NCBI GenBank assembly: GCA_963828195.1
Contig: CAWHDT010000007.1
Span: 270,864-334,863, forward strand
Source: Candidatus Bathyarchaeota archaeon
GTDB lineage: Archaea > Thermoproteota > Bathyarchaeia > Bathyarchaeales > Bathycorpusculaceae
Direction of reading: 5' to 3'
Length of the DNA stretch: 64,000 nucleotides
The notes under the pieces were generated by a model. It was not told the DNA's origin. It did not search any database and saw only the letters and a list, made by a program, of their open reading frames with translations. Position 1 is the first letter of the stretch. Each line of letters opens with the position of its first letter. Below are positions 10,184 to 19,831 of the stretch, piece after piece. The translations under genes were made by a program, and so were the position numbers.

Positions 10184-10947
10184 ATAATCACCGCCAACAA
10201 AACAATTATGCACACCATTCTTGTCAACTCGTTGGTGGCGCCGAAGACGTCGCCTGTTACCCCGTTGAAGTGTCGATGTGCAATCGCAACCATAACTAAA
10301 CCCGAAATTATCCCCGCTGAAACAACGAAAGCTCCTGCCCAACCTAACAGAGGGATAGCAACCGCTAAAGAAATCGCTATTGCGGCTATGAGGCGCAGGG
10401 TGCCTTTTCTTCCATGCATGGCTTCAAGGAAAGGGGAGTTCATGCCTTGGTGAACTGATCTTCCAGCCCGCGCCATAACAACCATGGAGAGCTTTGCTGA
10501 GGCTTCAACGGCGATGATGCCGCCGATTATCAGTGGGATTTTGAATTCTCCGCTGCCTCCGACTTTTCCTATGGCTAAAGAAGTGATCAGCATGGTCATG
10601 ATGCCTAATGATAAGCCGCCGGCGCCGGTGAACTGGTCATGCATAACCTCAATTTTGCGTTGGTATGTGCCAAGGACCATAACGCCGTCGCCGAAATCAA
10701 GTAACCCGTCGGTGTGATGAAGCCCCGTTATCAGAAGCAACATGGCTAAGACTAAGCCGCCTACAACTATGCTAGGTATAAACAGGGAAGCGACCCAGCC
10801 GAACACGCCTGCTAACAAGCCGATAAACGCGCCGATTACAGGAAAAGCCCACATGCCGTTGGCGCAGTCAGTGAGCATGTTTTCATGTGTGGTTCTGCAT
10901 AAAATTGTAAGGAAGGAACACAGGTTCTTTAACTCTCTAACAACCAA
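10177..10947 (-). CDS. cobS: Adenosylcobinamide-GDP ribazoletransferase CobS, copy 1
   Basis: SFLT, TGLHHTDGLLDFGDG, MHDQFTGAGG, GVTGDVFGATNE. Confidence 0.9.
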   Translation of the reverse strand: MVVRELKNLCSFLTILCRTTHENMLTDCANGMWAFPVIGAFIGLLAGVFGWVASLFIPSIVVGGLVLAMLLLITGLHHTDGLLDFGDGVMVLGTYQRKIEVMHDQFTGAGGLSLGIMTMLITSLAIGKVGGSGEFKIPLIIGGIIAVEASAKLSMVVMARAGRSVHQGMNSPFLEAMHGRKGTLRLIAAIAISLAVAIPLLGWAGAFVVSAGIISGLVMVAIAHRHFNGVTGDVFGATNELTRMVCIIVLLAVIIR

Positions 10948-10954
10948 GCCAAAT

Positions 10955-12055
10955 TCACTTCAAGCCCATCAGCAAAGCATAATTACGCTCTATCTCCTTA
11001 AGCAATAAGTCTTTTGTTACTGCACCGCCAAGTTTAGCCATCGCCGCGATGGAAGCGCCGCCTGCGCCGACGCCTTCCTTCACAAGACCAGTCTCATATG
11101 TCCGCAAACCAGAGAAATGTGATGCCCCAAAGTTTAAGTCGGCGGCTAAAATCGGCACATCGCAGAACTGCGTAACTATGCCTTTTAGGTCAGATGACTT
11201 GTCTTTGGCAACCCACCTTGTTGTGCCCACCGCCACGTTGCAGAGAACATCGGGCTCCAAAGCGTTAATTACGGCTAAGATGGCGCTCATCTGTGTCCCG
11301 CCAGCCATCAACACGGGCACCTGCGATGCTGCACCAATCACCAGCCCAGAGAAGGCAGCCATCATCGGGTCGCCGACGCATGAAATAGCTTTCGCTGGGT
11401 CTTTTGCTAAACTGCCGAAGCTTTCGCCTGCAGCCGCCAGCCCCGCCTTGACCGTTTCCGCCTTTAAGCTGTGCGGGTTTTCAGGCAGGGTGCTGCTTAC
11501 TTTACCCTCCGCTTTGACGCCTAAAGCCGACAACACGCCAAGAGCGGTTGTTGTTCCCCCGGGAATACTCTCGCCTATGACGAGGTAATCAACTGCCTTA
11601 GCGAGTTGCTGCCCAGCAATTTTGGCTCTTTCAATAACTTCCGAGGCATTGTCAACTGCGTTGCCGCTTCTGATATCTCGTCCGGGGCTTCCGCCGAGGT
11701 CTAAAAACGGAATTTGGGGTTTTACTTTTAATCCGCCGCTGGCAATCAAAACGGGGATATCTGCCAAGCGCAGAGCCGACATAGTTATCAACGCGGGTGT
11801 CGGAATGCCGTCGGGAGTGATGGGCACTCCGGCAATGGATTTGCATTTGCCAAGCAGAAGCAGTTCGGCATCCGCTGGCGGCGTGTAATCGGTGAATTCA
11901 GGGTTGGCTCCAGCCGCCGATATGCCGGAGATTTTGCCGGTTTCAGTGGTCGCAATTGTGCAGATGAAAAGTGGGTTTTTTCCTTCGATTTCTTCGAGAA
12001 AAGCTTTCGCTTTAAGCTCGTTATGCGCGATTATAACGTCAAATGTCGTGGCCAT
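10955..12055 (-). CDS. cobT: Archaeal nicotinate-nucleotide:base phosphoribosyltransferase CobT
   Basis: GISAAG, YTPPADAE, PTPALIT, GESIPGGTTTA, AGGTQM, VKEGVGAGG. Confidence 0.9.
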   Translation of the reverse strand: MATTFDVIIAHNELKAKAFLEEIEGKNPLFICTIATTETGKISGISAAGANPEFTDYTPPADAELLLLGKCKSIAGVPITPDGIPTPALITMSALRLADIPVLIASGGLKVKPQIPFLDLGGSPGRDIRSGNAVDNASEVIERAKIAGQQLAKAVDYLVIGESIPGGTTTALGVLSALGVKAEGKVSSTLPENPHSLKAETVKAGLAAAGESFGSLAKDPAKAISCVGDPMMAAFSGLVIGAASQVPVLMAGGTQMSAILAVINALEPDVLCNVAVGTTRWVAKDKSSDLKGIVTQFCDVPILAADLNFGASHFSGLRTYETGLVKEGVGAGGASIAAMAKLGGAVTKDLLLKEIERNYALLMGLK

Positions 12056-12056
12056 T

Positions 12057-12743
12057 CTACGGTTTTACCTTGCCTTTCGGCTTAACTTCGAATTTCTTGA
12101 TTTCTAAGTACCCGAAGCCGCCGTCAAGCTTATGCTTTTGCGTTTCAACAATTTCAATCTTCTTCTTAAAAGTCGGCCCGTCTGTCACCACAGTGTGGTA
12201 TTCGCCGCCTTCTCCGCAAGCGTCAACGTTGCCGAGTTTTAGGATATCATCGTAAAATTTTCTGTCCAATGTTCGTCCAAGCCAATCTAGGCCTAACAGC
12301 TCCAGTTTAGTGCGCACTACGGTTGCTTTGAAACCCGTTTTTAGGTAGTCAAGGTAAATCTGTTTTGTGTCGCCCATCCAAAGAGGCTTTATCGGGGTTA
12401 AACCGACTTCTTTGAGCACTCGGCCAAGCCAGCCCTGCTCGTGACCCGCCACTTCGTAGATGTCTCCTGTAACTAGGCCTTCAGCGCCTTTTGCTTTGAA
12501 GCTGCGCAGTGCCCGTTTGAAATCGTTCTCGTAGGTTTCAGGCGTAGCTACCTGCTTTACAAGTGGAATTCCAATGGCGTCTGACTGCGCATCAAGTATG
12601 CCTACGGGTATCATGTGGAAATTCGATTTGGTTTCGCTCATCATCATAGTTAAAAGGTTGACAACCTCGTAGCCTTGTTGGGCTGCCAAATAATATGCAT
12701 AACAACTATCTTTTCCGCCACTCCATGAAGCAACAACTTTCAT
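12057..12743 (-). CDS. DUF71/Dph6 family PP-loop ATP pyrophosphatase (amide ligase), copy 1
   Basis: SWSGGKDS, TGDI, PLW, DACGEGGEYHT. Confidence 0.9.
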   Translation of the reverse strand: MKVVASWSGGKDSCYAYYLAAQQGYEVVNLLTMMMSETKSNFHMIPVGILDAQSDAIGIPLVKQVATPETYENDFKRALRSFKAKGAEGLVTGDIYEVAGHEQGWLGRVLKEVGLTPIKPLWMGDTKQIYLDYLKTGFKATVVRTKLELLGLDWLGRTLDRKFYDDILKLGNVDACGEGGEYHTVVTDGPTFKKKIEIVETQKHKLDGGFGYLEIKKFEVKPKGKVKP

Positions 12744-13088
12744 TCCAATTTTCCTCCCTAAGTCTTTTCACCCACAACCACTTTTTCGGTTTGTTTAGGT
12801 TTTAGGTGAACGTGAAATATTTGATTTTCCGAAAAACCAGTTTTTTTAGTTGCTGAAACAGGTAACCACAAAAAAGCTATTTTACTTTTCAAACATTCAG
12901 ATAATTTGACTAGCGGCAACATTTTGAATTGAATAATAGGTTTTTTTTGGAAGTTCAGCAAACAATCAACGCCATGTTTTGTTGGTTTATCCAACCTTTT
13001 CATATAAGCATTACGGTAATTGTAGCCACATAAAAATTTTCACAACCGAAACACCGCCAAACCTTAAACGTTGGCGGCCATTTTCAGT

Positions 13089-13358
13089 TCAGTTTTTGGT
13101 TCTTTGAAGTCTGAAAATAAAGAACAAGTTCAACGTTATTGCAACCAAGAATACAAACAAGGTAGTATTTGGGTATAGGACCACCGTAATTCCCGGAGAG
13201 TTTGATTTCAAAGTGTATTGAATGTTGGATGGAAAATTTGTAAATACGGTTTGAGAGTTTAAAGCTGAATATTCAGCCCAATTTAAAAAAACGTACAAAG
13301 CGATTAACGCGGCATTTGCTAGAACCATTAGCTTAAGTTGTCTGGATACTGATTTCAT
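13089..13358 (-). CDS. Small membrane protein, hypothetical
   Basis: Two hydrophobic helices; likely start at MKSVSRQ. Confidence 0.5.
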   Translation of the reverse strand: MKSVSRQLKLMVLANAALIALYVFLNWAEYSALNSQTVFTNFPSNIQYTLKSNSPGITVVLYPNTTLFVFLVAITLNLFFIFRLQRTKN

Positions 13359-13461
13359 TTTGCTTTGGCCTTGTTTATCCGTCGCGGTTCTTTGTTTAAA
13401 AGATTTGTGGTATGAAGCGTTGAGCAATGCTTAAAGCGCACTTCAGAGTTGAAAAATAAGG

Positions 13462-13953
13462 TTGAAATTTATGAGCGAAGAAATGCCCGCGTTACTAGAG
13501 TTTCTGGAGCAAAAAGACATATCCCTAAAAAGCCTCATTCACTGCGCACTTGAAATGTTTGTGCCTCACCCAGGCGTGGAAACTGAGGAAAAAGCGGTTG
13601 AAATGCTAAGAGAAGAATTCCTCGATGTCCTATCAGACGTTAACGTTTCTATTCTTGAGGTCGCTGCTTTCCGAGCGCAGGAAGATGCCGAGAAAGGCTT
13701 GATTCCTGGGTTGACGCAGGAAAGGTTCAGGGGTAGACCGGGGCCAGTCGCTGACGAAGTTTTAGGAATAGCGATCGCGAGCTACATCGGCGGAACCCGG
13801 GCAGTTTTCGAGTACGTGCGTTTTGACCAAGCCAAACCGGGGATCCTCAAAAGACTCGGGTCAATAACAAACGATGCCATAGGTGCCTTAGTCGCAGGCG
13901 TATCGTCAAACGTTTATACACGCGCAACAAAAAACGCGCAGGCAAAGCCGTAA
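13462..13953 (+). CDS. cobZ: Alpha-ribazole phosphatase CobZ (PgpA-like archaeal type)
   Basis: DVLSDVNV, VADEVLGIAIASYIGG, FEYVRFDQAKPGIL, DAIGALVAG. Confidence 0.8.
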   Translation: MKFMSEEMPALLEFLEQKDISLKSLIHCALEMFVPHPGVETEEKAVEMLREEFLDVLSDVNVSILEVAAFRAQEDAEKGLIPGLTQERFRGRPGPVADEVLGIAIASYIGGTRAVFEYVRFDQAKPGILKRLGSITNDAIGALVAGVSSNVYTRATKNAQAKP

Positions 13954-14095
13954 AAAACTTTTTCCGCCTATTTCTGAGCGGATAGATGTCACAGGTATGG
14001 ATTAGCAGGCTAGGTTGCACAAATCAATGTTATTTTAGGTTTTTCCATAAGATTATAATAGTCTTTAGTTGAGGAGTTTAGTTAGTTGGGTTTCC

Positions 14096-15254
14096 ATGGT
14101 TCATACACGGCTTTGCATTGTTACTCACACCTTTCTGCCTCACACCGGCGGAATAGAAAGGGTTGTTTATGAACAGAGTAAGCGGCTGCTGAAGAAAAAT
14201 TTTGAGCCTCTGGTTGTGACTAACCGAATTGATACACCCAAAAACTACGTTGTTGACGGAATCAACGTTGAGTGCTACGAATCGTTAAATACGGGTTTTC
14301 GCTTGGGGATACCGTACTCGATTCCGTCGGTGACGAGTTTTGAAACTTTTCTTAAAGCTGTTAAATCATGCGATATAGTTCATGCGCATGGTCACCCGTA
14401 CTTGACGTCGCTTGTCGCGGCTAAGCTTGCGAAGAGGTACAAAAAACCGTTTGTGTTAACGCAGCATAACACCTTCATTGAATACGACAGCTTCTTTGAC
14501 GATGTAGAACGGTTAAATGACTTAGCCGTTGGAAAGGAGACGCTCAAAGAAGCCGACAAAATAATCACAGTAAGCAGCGCCACTAAAGATTATGTTTTAA
14601 GTTTAGGAGCAAAACCTGAGAAGATTAAGGTTTTACATAACGGAGTTGACTTGGTTCGCTTCAGACCTTTGGCTGGAAAAAGAGAGGGAAATGCGCAGAA
14701 CACTGGGAATCCCCCAAAACGCAATCGTGGTTTTAACCGTTAGAAGACTCGTTTACAAAAACGGTATCGACACATTAATCGAAGGGGCAAACATAGCGGT
14801 GAAAAAGAACCCAAAAATTGTTTTCCTAGTTGTGGGGAAAGGACCCGACCTAAACAACGTTCAATTTAGGACACGGCAGCTTGGGATAGAAAACAATTTT
14901 AGGCTCACGGGTTTTGTAAAAGACGAAGATTTGCCGTTTTACTACAACGCAGCAGACTTTTTTGTGCTGCCGTCAAAATCAGGAGAAGGGTTGCCTTTGG
15001 TTGCGCTCGAAGCTATGGCTTGCGGACTGCCGGTAATAGCGACAAACGTCGGAGGAATAAGGGAAGTTCTGATGGGTGATTATGGAAAATTAGTTCCCTC
15101 CAACCAGCCTTGGCTGCTTGCAAAAGCGGTTTTGGAATTTTCCGATATGGATTTGTCTTCACGCAGAGTGGAGCTTCGAGCACTTGTGGAGGAAAAGTTT
15201 AGCTGGGACAAAAATGTTGAATCGCTCGTGGGGATATACGAAGAACTTATTTAA
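14096..15254 (+). pseudogene. GT4 glycosyltransferase split by a 1-nt insertion frameshift
   Basis: N-half (PHTGGIE, VHAHG, HNGVD) and C-half (KNGID, EGLPLVALEAMACG) are in different frames; removing one G from GGG at 14686-14688 joins them (KREEMRR). Confidence 0.8.
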
Positions 15255-15295
15255 CTAAGATGTGGAAACAGTATAGCCTTAAGCTGTGAGTTGTC

Positions 15296-16033
15296 ATGAC
15301 ATCGAAGGTTGATCTGGTCTCGGTCGTAATTCCAACACTCAATGAAGCAGGAAACATCTTGGAAGCTGTCACAACCATCTATAAAGAGTTGGAGTATCCG
15401 AAGGAGATAATTGTTGTAGATGGCAACTCCACTGACGGAACAATTGAAATCGTGAAAGACACAAACTTCTGCAAACTCATTATTGAACCCAGACGCGGCT
15501 ACGGAGTCGCCCTTAGAACAGGCATGAAGTATGCGAAAGGAAACATCATCGTAATGGTGGATGGCGACGGCACCTACGAGGTGAGGCACATTAACCGTTT
15601 GCTGGACAGGATGATTCAGAAAGACGCGGACATGGTGTTAGCCACCCGCATGTATGACCCGGACAAAGCCATGGGATTCATGAATTTTTTGGGCAACAAA
15701 GTAATCACTTTCGTCTACGACTTCTTCTACAGCCAATTCCTCAGCGACTCCCAATCGGGGTTCCGAGCAATCTCCCATGAAGCCATCGATAACGTTGAGT
15801 TAAAAGAGGGAGATATGGCTTTTGCAACTGAAATGCTGGTGCAGTTCGCTAAGGAAGGATACAACATGGTTGAAGTCCCCACAACCTACAAGTCGAGGAA
15901 ATATGGGAAGACAAAACTTAAACCATTTAAGTCAGGTATTGAGATATTTAGCACTATATTCAAGGGATTTCTCGATGCGGATACAGTTAGAACGTGTCAA
16001 AAGCATTGGAAGGAAAATCGGTTTAAACGATGA
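15296..16033 (+). CDS. GT2 glycosyltransferase (DPM synthase-like)
   Basis: VVIPTLNE, VDGNSTDGT, VDGDGTY, DSQSGFRA. Confidence 0.9.
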   Translation: MTSKVDLVSVVIPTLNEAGNILEAVTTIYKELEYPKEIIVVDGNSTDGTIEIVKDTNFCKLIIEPRRGYGVALRTGMKYAKGNIIVMVDGDGTYEVRHINRLLDRMIQKDADMVLATRMYDPDKAMGFMNFLGNKVITFVYDFFYSQFLSDSQSGFRAISHEAIDNVELKEGDMAFATEMLVQFAKEGYNMVEVPTTYKSRKYGKTKLKPFKSGIEIFSTIFKGFLDADTVRTCQKHWKENRFKR

Positions 16034-16508
16034 AAAAGGCTACGCAGTCGCCGTTTTTCTCGCGTTAATAATTATATCTGCGTTAGCCGTGGGTTACTTT
16101 GTGTTTTTTAGGCCAGCGCCGTCGGGGTACAGCACAATCTACGTGCTGGATTCACAAAACAAAGCTGCTAATTACCCCTCGGTTTTGGTTGCTAACCAGA
16201 ACAGCACATTCAACACGCCCGTTTCCGTTGTTAACAACGAGGGGTACACCGTTCAATACCAGGTTCAAGTGAAAATCAGCGATGACGTCACAACTTTTCC
16301 AGTAGATATTCAGCCCGTTGGAGTGTACAATTTCACGCTGGGAAATGGGCAAACCTGGCAAAAGTCAGTCTCAGTTACGGAGAATCAAGTTGGAAGCTAC
16401 TCTGTTGTTTTTGAGCTCTGGCAGTATAATTCGGATTCAGGAGCTTACCAGTTCATAAATAACAATGCAGAAAACTATTGCGTCTTAAACATTCAAGTGG
16501 TAAGCTAA
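15975..16508 (+). CDS. DUF1616-like membrane-anchored protein
   Basis: One TM helix, then YSTIYVLDSQNKAANYP...VVNNEG Ig-like domain; ATG at 15975 is the likely start. Confidence 0.6.
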   Translation: MRIQLERVKSIGRKIGLNDEKGYAVAVFLALIIISALAVGYFVFFRPAPSGYSTIYVLDSQNKAANYPSVLVANQNSTFNTPVSVVNNEGYTVQYQVQVKISDDVTTFPVDIQPVGVYNFTLGNGQTWQKSVSVTENQVGSYSVVFELWQYNSDSGAYQFINNNAENYCVLNIQVVS

Positions 16509-17974
16509 GCCGTTTTATGCCTTTCAGCGTACGCTTTCTCTATGGCTACTCGGTGGATATTGTTGTATGCGCAGAAAGGTATGATTTTTTTGTCTGGCGT
16601 AATGTAGTGAACTACGCAGCGTCTAACCCGGTTAACGTCGAAGTTGTAGGAATCCATGAACGCCATACAGCCGAGGAGGAAAATGCGTCGCCGGATTTTT
16701 CCAAGCGATTGATATGAAGGCGAAAGATGCATTCGCATAATTGATTTCGTTAAAGTTGGCATGCCGACTTCTTTGGTGACTTCAAGCATGTTCATAGAAA
16801 GCATCGAAGCCATGAATAGCGAGGAGAGCAAAGAAAATTTGCCTTTTGACTCTGCGTTTTCAGCGGTCTTTCTGATGTAGTTAAAGAACCTGTCAAAGTT
16901 GACGAAACGGTTGATTGGGAACATTTGACCGTTTTTTGAGACATATATCCAGTTTACGATTCCGCATTGGGGGCTGCAGGAGAAAAGCGGCCAGGGTTTT
17001 TGCATGAATTTACGCATTATCTTTATGGGGGAAGTCATAACCGACATGGGGTAAAGATCGGTTGTTTTTATTTCGCCGCCGGTTTGTTTTTCGACGTCCT
17101 CGGCAAAGGACCATTCGCGGAAATTTTCTCGGAAGGGGTTTTCCGTTGCTCTGCCAGTGAAGGCGATTGGCTGGAAAATTAAGCCGCGTACTATGTCGGT
17201 GTTCTTGGCTGCGAAACGTATCATGTCGCCGACTTCGTTATCGTTTAAGCTTTTCATTAAAGTGTTAACTAAGATGATTTCCATGTCGTATTTTCGGCAA
17301 ACCTCAATGGCCTGCAGCTTCTGTTTTACCAGGTTGTCTTGTCCTCTGATCTTTTTGTTGAATTCTTCGTGGAAACTGTCAAACGATAAATAAACGATGT
17401 TTAAGCCGCTGTCTTTTAGCTTCTTTGCAAGCTCCGGAGTGTCAACCAGATGTGTCCCATTGGTCGCCAATATGGTCATAAACTTTAGTTTGTGCGCGGC
17501 AGCGATTATTTCAGGCATATCCTCCCGCTCAAGGGGTTCGCCGCCTGAAAAAAGGATGGCTGGCGGCTTGGGGTTTGCTTTGCTTACGAACTCAAGCATA
17601 TCTATGAGCGCTTCTTTGGTCGGCTCATAATCGACTTCTTGCGCTGGAAAAGTCGAGAAGCAAACGGCGCATTTGAAGTTGCATCTTTTTGTGACGTCAA
17701 TTACGCCTATGACGGTGCCTGAGGCATGGTTGGTGCATGTTTCGCAAACGTAGGGGCAGCCTTGTGGGTCTTTGGGAGCGTTCAAATCGCCAAGGTACTG
17801 GAATTGGTCGTAGGTTTGCATGTGGTTATAGATGTCTGTGCTTTGCCAGTGGGTGGCTTCAAAGGTTCCATGTTCGGGGCAAGTCTTTGTGATTTTTATT
17901 TTTCCGCTGGCTTGCGTTATCTGAGCGTCTATTTTTTTCTGGCATTCAGGGCAGACGCTTTTGGTTTTGGTCAT
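16505..17974 (-). CDS. tes: Tetraether synthase (Tes/GDGT-MAS, MJ0619 family) radical SAM
   Basis: N-terminal CPEC...CPEH, GCPYVCETCTNH, DVTKRCNFKCAVC, GGEP, FQPIAFTGR, C-terminal MAFMDSYNFDVNRVRRCVVHY...IIPFCAYN. Confidence 0.85.
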   Translation of the reverse strand: MTKTKSVCPECQKKIDAQITQASGKIKITKTCPEHGTFEATHWQSTDIYNHMQTYDQFQYLGDLNAPKDPQGCPYVCETCTNHASGTVIGVIDVTKRCNFKCAVCFSTFPAQEVDYEPTKEALIDMLEFVSKANPKPPAILFSGGEPLEREDMPEIIAAAHKLKFMTILATNGTHLVDTPELAKKLKDSGLNIVYLSFDSFHEEFNKKIRGQDNLVKQKLQAIEVCRKYDMEIILVNTLMKSLNDNEVGDMIRFAAKNTDIVRGLIFQPIAFTGRATENPFRENFREWSFAEDVEKQTGGEIKTTDLYPMSVMTSPIKIMRKFMQKPWPLFSCSPQCGIVNWIYVSKNGQMFPINRFVNFDRFFNYIRKTAENAESKGKFSLLSSLFMASMLSMNMLEVTKEVGMPTLTKSIMRMHLSPSYQSLGKIRRRIFLLGCMAFMDSYNFDVNRVRRCVVHYITPDKKIIPFCAYNNIHRVAIEKAYAERHKTA

Positions 17975-18852
17975 AGTAACCCTCCAAGTGTTGCCTCGAT
18001 TATTAATGCTAGCGGAAGAAGAATCATTGACATGGTGACTATTCGCTCATATTTTCGCACGTTTTGCAGTGTTGACGCTGAGGATACAAGGCAGATTGAA
18101 CAGTAAATTAGAAGGATACTCCAGAGAAGAATGGGCGGCAAATAGTAAATTGTGAATTTGCCTATGAAGTAGGGAAGAGGAGCCAGCAGCCCAGTTAACG
18201 TGAAAAATAGAGCTGCCAACTTCACCGAGTTGCTGATGCCGATTTTCTTGGGGAGGGTTGGGTACCCAGTTTTTGCGTCGCCGTCAAGACTCAGGACGTC
18301 TCGCAGGACGTTGCCGCCTATTGTTCCAAAAGCTATCGGGTAGAGGCTTAAAGAAATCAAGCTTACAGTCGGAGGTGCAGTGATGGTGGCTTCCCCAAAC
18401 ATGAAGGCCGTGCCCGTCAAAACGCCAACCAAAACATTGGCCGCGAAGCCTGATTTGCGCTTGACAAGGGTTGAGTAAATTATAAGCAGCAGGGAATCCG
18501 CCGCGATGATTGTGAAGCTCAGCAGGTTAATGTAAGAAGCCATGATAAGGCCTACAGTGAAAAGCACGCCTGAGATGGCTACTACCTGCTTTAGCGACAG
18601 CGCACCTGAGGGTATAGGGCGTTTAGGCTTGATTACTGCGTCGCTTTCTCTGTCGAAGTAATCGTTGATTGCGAATCCAGCCGATGTTATGAACGCCATG
18701 GAAAAGAAAACCAGCAAATCCGTCTGTATGCTTAGGCCAAGGGGGTTTTTGGTGATGGCGAAAGCTGTTAAAAGAGATAATCCGCCAGTCATCAGCCAGT
18801 AGGGAAGCCTCAAAAGCGCGATTAAGCCTCTAGCTGGCGCCGAGGCAGCCAT
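17971..18852 (-). CDS. UbiA-family prenyltransferase, DGGGP synthase-like
   Basis: NDYFDRESDAVIKPKRPIPSG and LRDVLSLDGD Asp-rich motifs; polytopic membrane protein. Confidence 0.85.
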   Translation of the reverse strand: MAASAPARGLIALLRLPYWLMTGGLSLLTAFAITKNPLGLSIQTDLLVFFSMAFITSAGFAINDYFDRESDAVIKPKRPIPSGALSLKQVVAISGVLFTVGLIMASYINLLSFTIIAADSLLLIIYSTLVKRKSGFAANVLVGVLTGTAFMFGEATITAPPTVSLISLSLYPIAFGTIGGNVLRDVLSLDGDAKTGYPTLPKKIGISNSVKLAALFFTLTGLLAPLPYFIGKFTIYYLPPILLWSILLIYCSICLVSSASTLQNVRKYERIVTMSMILLPLALIIEATLGGLL

Positions 18853-19793
18853 TACGAAATTTTCCTCTCAGCGATAATTGCTTTTATGCTGTCTTCAAGG
18901 CTAACCTTGGGATTCCAATTCAGCTCTTTTTTTGCTTTGGAGTTGTCGAACCAAATTTTTGTAACGTCGCCTTGCCAAGAAACATTGGTTGTGGTTATAA
19001 ATGTCCTGTCTTGGAAGTTGAGGATTTTAAGCATCATTTTGGCAAGGTCTATTATCGTGATTGTCGTTCCAAAGCCAATGTTGTAGGTTTTACCAGTAGT
19101 AGAATCTTCTGAACCGACTGTTACCAGAGCATCAACCACGTCGGATACGTGTACAAAATCGCGTGACTGCAATCCAGTGCCGATGATTTCGAGTTTCTCG
19201 GGGTTTTTAGCGAGTTTGTCCAGAAAATCGTGGATGACGCCGTGGCACCTTGACCCGTAAACGTTGGCAAACCTCATTATTGTTATGTCTAAGCCGTATT
19301 GGCTTTGGTACATTTGACAGTATTCTTCGCCGACGACTTTGGATAATCCGTAGCATGAAAAAGGGTGAAACCCATATTCTTCTGGCGTGGGAAAAACCGT
19401 TGGGTTGCCATAGACTGCTGCGCTGGAAGCGAAAACCAGTTTTGCATCGTCTTTGCGTGCTTTCTCAAGAACCTGCACGGTTCCTTTAGCGTTTGTTTCA
19501 AAATCTATCATGGGATTCTCCATCGAGTAAGGAACCACAACTTGGGCGGCTAAATGATAAATTAAATCCTGCTTCTCCAAGGAAAGAAGCTTTTTTGGAT
19601 CCAAAATGTCGCCTTTGACGAATTTGGCTTTCGGGACGTCTTGCACGTTTTCCTTTGTGCCGCTTGACAAGTTATCGTAAGTTGTCAAGTTAGAGGTCAA
19701 ATCTGAAAGCTTCGTGCACAGGTGAAAGCCGATAAAACCTGCGCCTCCAGTGACCAGAATTTTTTTCCCCGTAAGTTCCCCCATGTAATTCAC
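18852..19793 (-). CDS. NAD-dependent nucleotide-sugar epimerase/dehydratase
   Basis: TGGAGFIG, HLAA, ASSAAVYG, YGLSK, RDFVHVSD. Confidence 0.9.
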   Translation of the reverse strand: MNYMGELTGKKILVTGGAGFIGFHLCTKLSDLTSNLTTYDNLSSGTKENVQDVPKAKFVKGDILDPKKLLSLEKQDLIYHLAAQVVVPYSMENPMIDFETNAKGTVQVLEKARKDDAKLVFASSAAVYGNPTVFPTPEEYGFHPFSCYGLSKVVGEEYCQMYQSQYGLDITIMRFANVYGSRCHGVIHDFLDKLAKNPEKLEIIGTGLQSRDFVHVSDVVDALVTVGSEDSTTGKTYNIGFGTTITIIDLAKMMLKILNFQDRTFITTTNVSWQGDVTKIWFDNSKAKKELNWNPKVSLEDSIKAIIAERKIS

Positions 19794-19831
19794 GACAAAG
19801 TCTATATTATATTTAGTCAGTTGTAGGGTAT

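Noticed and set aside
10184-10342. Long N-terminal extension of CobY1 in the ORF track
   Set aside because: It overlaps cobS in another frame and has no homology
11049-11888. Long antisense ORFs over cobT (and similarly over other genes)
   Set aside because: Shadow ORFs opposite well-supported genes
2461-13019. 13-bp TTACCGTAATGCT shared by the pfdB upstream region (2461) and the reverse strand at 13007-13019
   Set aside because: Only two copies, upstream of unrelated genes; compatible with chance
12744-13088. Possible cobalamin riboswitch upstream of the DUF71-cobT-cobS-cobY operon, and the 81-aa ORF 12758-13003
   Set aside because: AT-rich, with no recognisable B12-box or GGGAA/GCCACTG core; the ORF has no protein-like features. 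An Rfam scan would settle it
15822-15974. N-terminal extension of the DUF1616-like ORF
   Set aside because: It lies inside the GT2 gene; ATG at 15975 is more plausible
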